Below the pieces are notes generated by a model, which ran no database searches, was not told the origin of the DNA, and was given only the letters and a program-made list of their open reading frames with translations. A DNA stretch of 12,636 nucleotides from Kofleriaceae bacterium (GTDB taxonomy: Bacteria; Myxococcota_A; Polyangia; Haliangiales; Haliangiaceae): positions 1-12,636 of the forward strand of contig JBKJLC010000285.1 of NCBI GenBank assembly GCA_046597055.1. The letters run 5' to 3'. The number at the start of each line of letters is the position of its first letter. Position 1 is the stretch's first letter. Positions 10,830-12,636 of this stretch are shown here, in pieces. The position numbers and the translations under genes are program-made.

Positions 10830-11692
10830 GTGACGCCGCCGACGACCAGCGCGGGGTTGAAGCCGCCGCAGGTGGTCGCGCCGGCCACGCCCGCGCACTC
10901 GTTGCTGCCGACGGTGCAGACCTTGCGGCACCGGGTGACCGCGTTCACGGTCGAGCACATCAGGTCGGAGCCGCAGGTCGCGTCGGTGGTGCAGGTCGCG
11001 TTCAGCGCGCCGGCGCCGGGGGTCGTGCAGTCGACGATGTCGCGATCGAGGTTCCCGGTCAGCGCGTTGTTGACGGTGAAGAAGCCGCACTTCGACCCGG
11101 ACGGGCAGCCGCCGGCGGCGCTGTTGATCGGGTTGCAGTTGGCCGAGCAGGTGGTCGCGCCTGCGATCGGGGTGGTGCCGTTGTTGAGCTGGATGACGCA
11201 CTGCCCGCGGGGCTGACCGCAGTCGCTGTTCGCGTCGCAATACTTCTCGCAGCGACCGGCGGCCCCGCCGACGCAGACGTGGCCGATCGCGCACTCACTG
11301 AAGGAGGCGCACGTGCTGGTCTCGGTGCCGGGCGCGTTCACCGCGCGGCACTGGGTGCCGACCAGGTCGGTGAAGTCGAGGTCGCAGGCCAGCGGGCTGG
11401 CGCACCCGCACTGCTGGTGCAGGTCGCACGGCGCGGTCGGGCAGGTGCTCGCGTCGATCAGCCGCGCGTCGATGCCGACCGCCGCGTCGAGGTCCGGGCC
11501 GTCGATCGCCGGGACGCCGTCGGTGGCGGCGCCGTCGGTGGTGCTCGAGTCGAGGTCGGTGGCGTCGGGGTCGGCGGGGCTTCCGTCGTCGTCGTCGGTG
11601 GCGTCGACCGTGCCGCTGGTCGTTGTCGAGCTGGCGCACGCCGCCGTGCCCAGGATCAGCGCCGAGAGCACGAACAGCCGGGACAACATCAT
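10811..11692 (-). CDS. Cys-rich lipoprotein with an acidic Asp/Thr/Ala linker and two tandem disulfide-rich units, about 293 aa
   Basis: Start moved from the ORF-track TTG at 11728 to ATG 11692 (or 11689), which gives the signal peptide MMLSRLFVLSALILGTAA-C with a lipobox. A low-complexity linker (DATDDDDGSPADPDAT...DAAVGIDARLIDA) is followed by 26 cysteines, counted by hand. The 3' end overlaps the convergent GNAT by 19 bp. Confidence 0.88.
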   Translation of the reverse strand: MMLSRLFVLSALILGTAACASSTTTSGTVDATDDDDGSPADPDATDLDSSTTDGAATDGVPAIDGPDLDAAVGIDARLIDASTCPTAPCDLHQQCGCASPLACDLDFTDLVGTQCRAVNAPGTETSTCASFSECAIGHVCVGGAAGRCEKYCDANSDCGQPRGQCVIQLNNGTTPIAGATTCSANCNPINSAAGGCPSGSKCGFFTVNNALTGNLDRDIVDCTTPGAGALNATCTTDATCGSDLMCSTVNAVTRCRKVCTVGSNECAGVAGATTCGGFNPALVVGGVTYGICR

Positions 11693-11889
11693 GGCGGCAT
11701 CGTCGTAGCCGGGCCGGGGTGCTGGCAAGAGACATTCTCAGCCCGGTGGTGCCACCCGCGCCGGTGAACCGGGTCCGCGCCGGCCGCCGGGCGCCCTCCC
11801 TGGCCGCCGGCGCGCGGCGCGCTCGACCAACGCGGCAACCTGGGCGCGGACGTCGTGCCGCCCTGGCAAGTACGCCGCGAACCGAGGTT

Positions 11890-11898
11890 TGCTACCCT
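11890..11898 (+). promoter_or_regulatory. Candidate extended -10 element (TGC-TACCCT), 9 nt before the TPR-SUFU ATG
   Basis: TGn-TAnnnT pattern with no SD between it and ATG 11908. Confidence 0.5.
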
Positions 11899-11907
11899 CC
11901 GGGCCCG

Positions 11908-12636
11908 ATGAGCCTGGCTGCCGCCGACCGCCTGACCGCGGAGGGGAACGAGCTGTTCCAGCAGCAGGAGTACGGCCATGCGCTCAAGCAGTTCGAGCGC
12001 GCGGTCGCGATCTTTCCCGACCACCACCAGGCGTGGAAGGGCGTCGGGCACTGCTTGTTGTGCCTGTCGCGCCCGACCGACGCCGCCCGCGCCTTCGATC
12101 GGGCGATCGGCCTCAAGCCCGACAGCGCCACCGCGCTCTGGGGCGGGGCGCTCGCCCACGCCGACCTCGGCCACAAGTTCGTCGCGCAGAACTACCTCAA
12201 GCGCGTGCTCACCCTGCAGCCGAGCTGGCTCGAGCTGGCGCTGTCGGTGCCCGCGCTCGCCGCCTTCCTCCAGACCTCCGCGTACACCGCCGAGCTGTTG
12301 CGCAAGGCGCTGGGCGCTCACAGCGGCCGGACCTTCCGGCACGCCGGCGATCCGAACCGCGCCATCGAGGTCGCACGGTTCGCCGACGTGCCCGAGCACG
12401 GGCTCATGACCTATGGCTCGATTGGCCTGTCGAACGCGCCGTGGCCCGACGAGCGGCCGCGGCTCGAGATCTTGCTCGCCTGTACCCAGGACCTGCCGGC
12501 CGCACCTCAGATCGTCGCTAACGCGGCCTTTCACGTGATGGACGCCGGCTTCTATCCGACGCCCGGCTCGATGGTCCGCGACCTGGTCGGCGTGATGAAC
12601 GCGGGCGACCTGTCCCAGCGCCTGCCGCACCTGTAC
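11908..12636 (+). CDS. Tetratricopeptide-repeat + suppressor-of-fused (SUFU-like) domain protein, truncated at the window end (243 codons visible)
   Basis: Absent from the ORF track; translated by hand with no stop. About three TPRs: MSLAAADRLTAEGNELFQQQEYGHALKQFERAVAIFPDHHQAWKGVGHCLLCLSRPTDAARAFDRAIGLKPDSATALWGGALAHADLGHKFVAQNYLKRVLTLQP. Then IEVARFADVPEHGLMTYGSIGLSNAPWPDERPRLEILLA...IVANAAFHVMDAGFYPTPGSMVRDLV, matching the bacterial SUFU pattern (TYxTxGLS...RxEL...PG). Confidence 0.88.
   Translation, partial: MSLAAADRLTAEGNELFQQQEYGHALKQFERAVAIFPDHHQAWKGVGHCLLCLSRPTDAARAFDRAIGLKPDSATALWGGALAHADLGHKFVAQNYLKRVLTLQPSWLELALSVPALAAFLQTSAYTAELLRKALGAHSGRTFRHAGDPNRAIEVARFADVPEHGLMTYGSIGLSNAPWPDERPRLEILLACTQDLPAAPQIVANAAFHVMDAGFYPTPGSMVRDLVGVMNAGDLSQRLPHLY

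Noticed and set aside
11864..11879. Sigma54-like TGGCAAG-N4-CCGC upstream of the TPR-SUFU gene (CTGGCAAG also at 11722-11729)
   Set aside because: The GG-N10-GC spacing fits, but the TT of TTGC is missing. Such matches are frequent in GC-rich DNA, and the extended -10 explains the region better.
10248..12630. ORFs 10248..11294 (-), 10496..11767 (+), 11689..12630 (-), 11889..12521 (+) and 11978..12409 (+)
   Set aside because: These are alternative frames over the GNAT, the Cys-rich lipoprotein and the TPR-SUFU gene. The real frame from ATG 11908 is missing from the track only because it has no stop in the window.

Overview
This is a very GC-rich (roughly 70% by eye) chromosomal segment that resembles Myxococcota, possibly Haliangiales/Kofleriaceae. 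That placement is inferred only from the Cys-rich, Asp-Ala-linker lipoprotein, the PilZ/pseudo-receiver fusion and the Zn-ribbon/Tudor protein. Ten protein-coding genes are supported. Two are missing from the supplied ORF track because they run off the window edges: phosphoenolpyruvate carboxylase (ppc, <1..2689, minus) and a TPR + suppressor-of-fused (SUFU) protein (11908..>12636, plus). Minus-strand genes from right to left are a Zn-ribbon/Tudor-like protein, a membrane-anchored hypothetical, ppk1, PilZ + pseudo-receiver, a fused ABC exporter, a two-repeat lipoprotein and ppc. A RimJ/RimL-type GNAT (plus) converges on, and overlaps, a 26-Cys lipoprotein (minus). I see no rRNA, tRNA, CRISPR array, integrase or transposase, and no coherent multi-gene defence or mobile system. 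The best leads are: (1) a -10-like hexamer 5-10 nt before nine of ten start codons, suggesting pervasive leaderless or very short-leader mRNAs; (2) a stand-alone Zn-ribbon + PcrA/UvrD-type Tudor protein that may bind RNA polymerase; (3) a PEPC with substitutions at aspartate-feedback and active-site-adjacent positions; (4) a TPR-SUFU fusion; (5) a nested-palindrome intergenic element at about 5650-5810.
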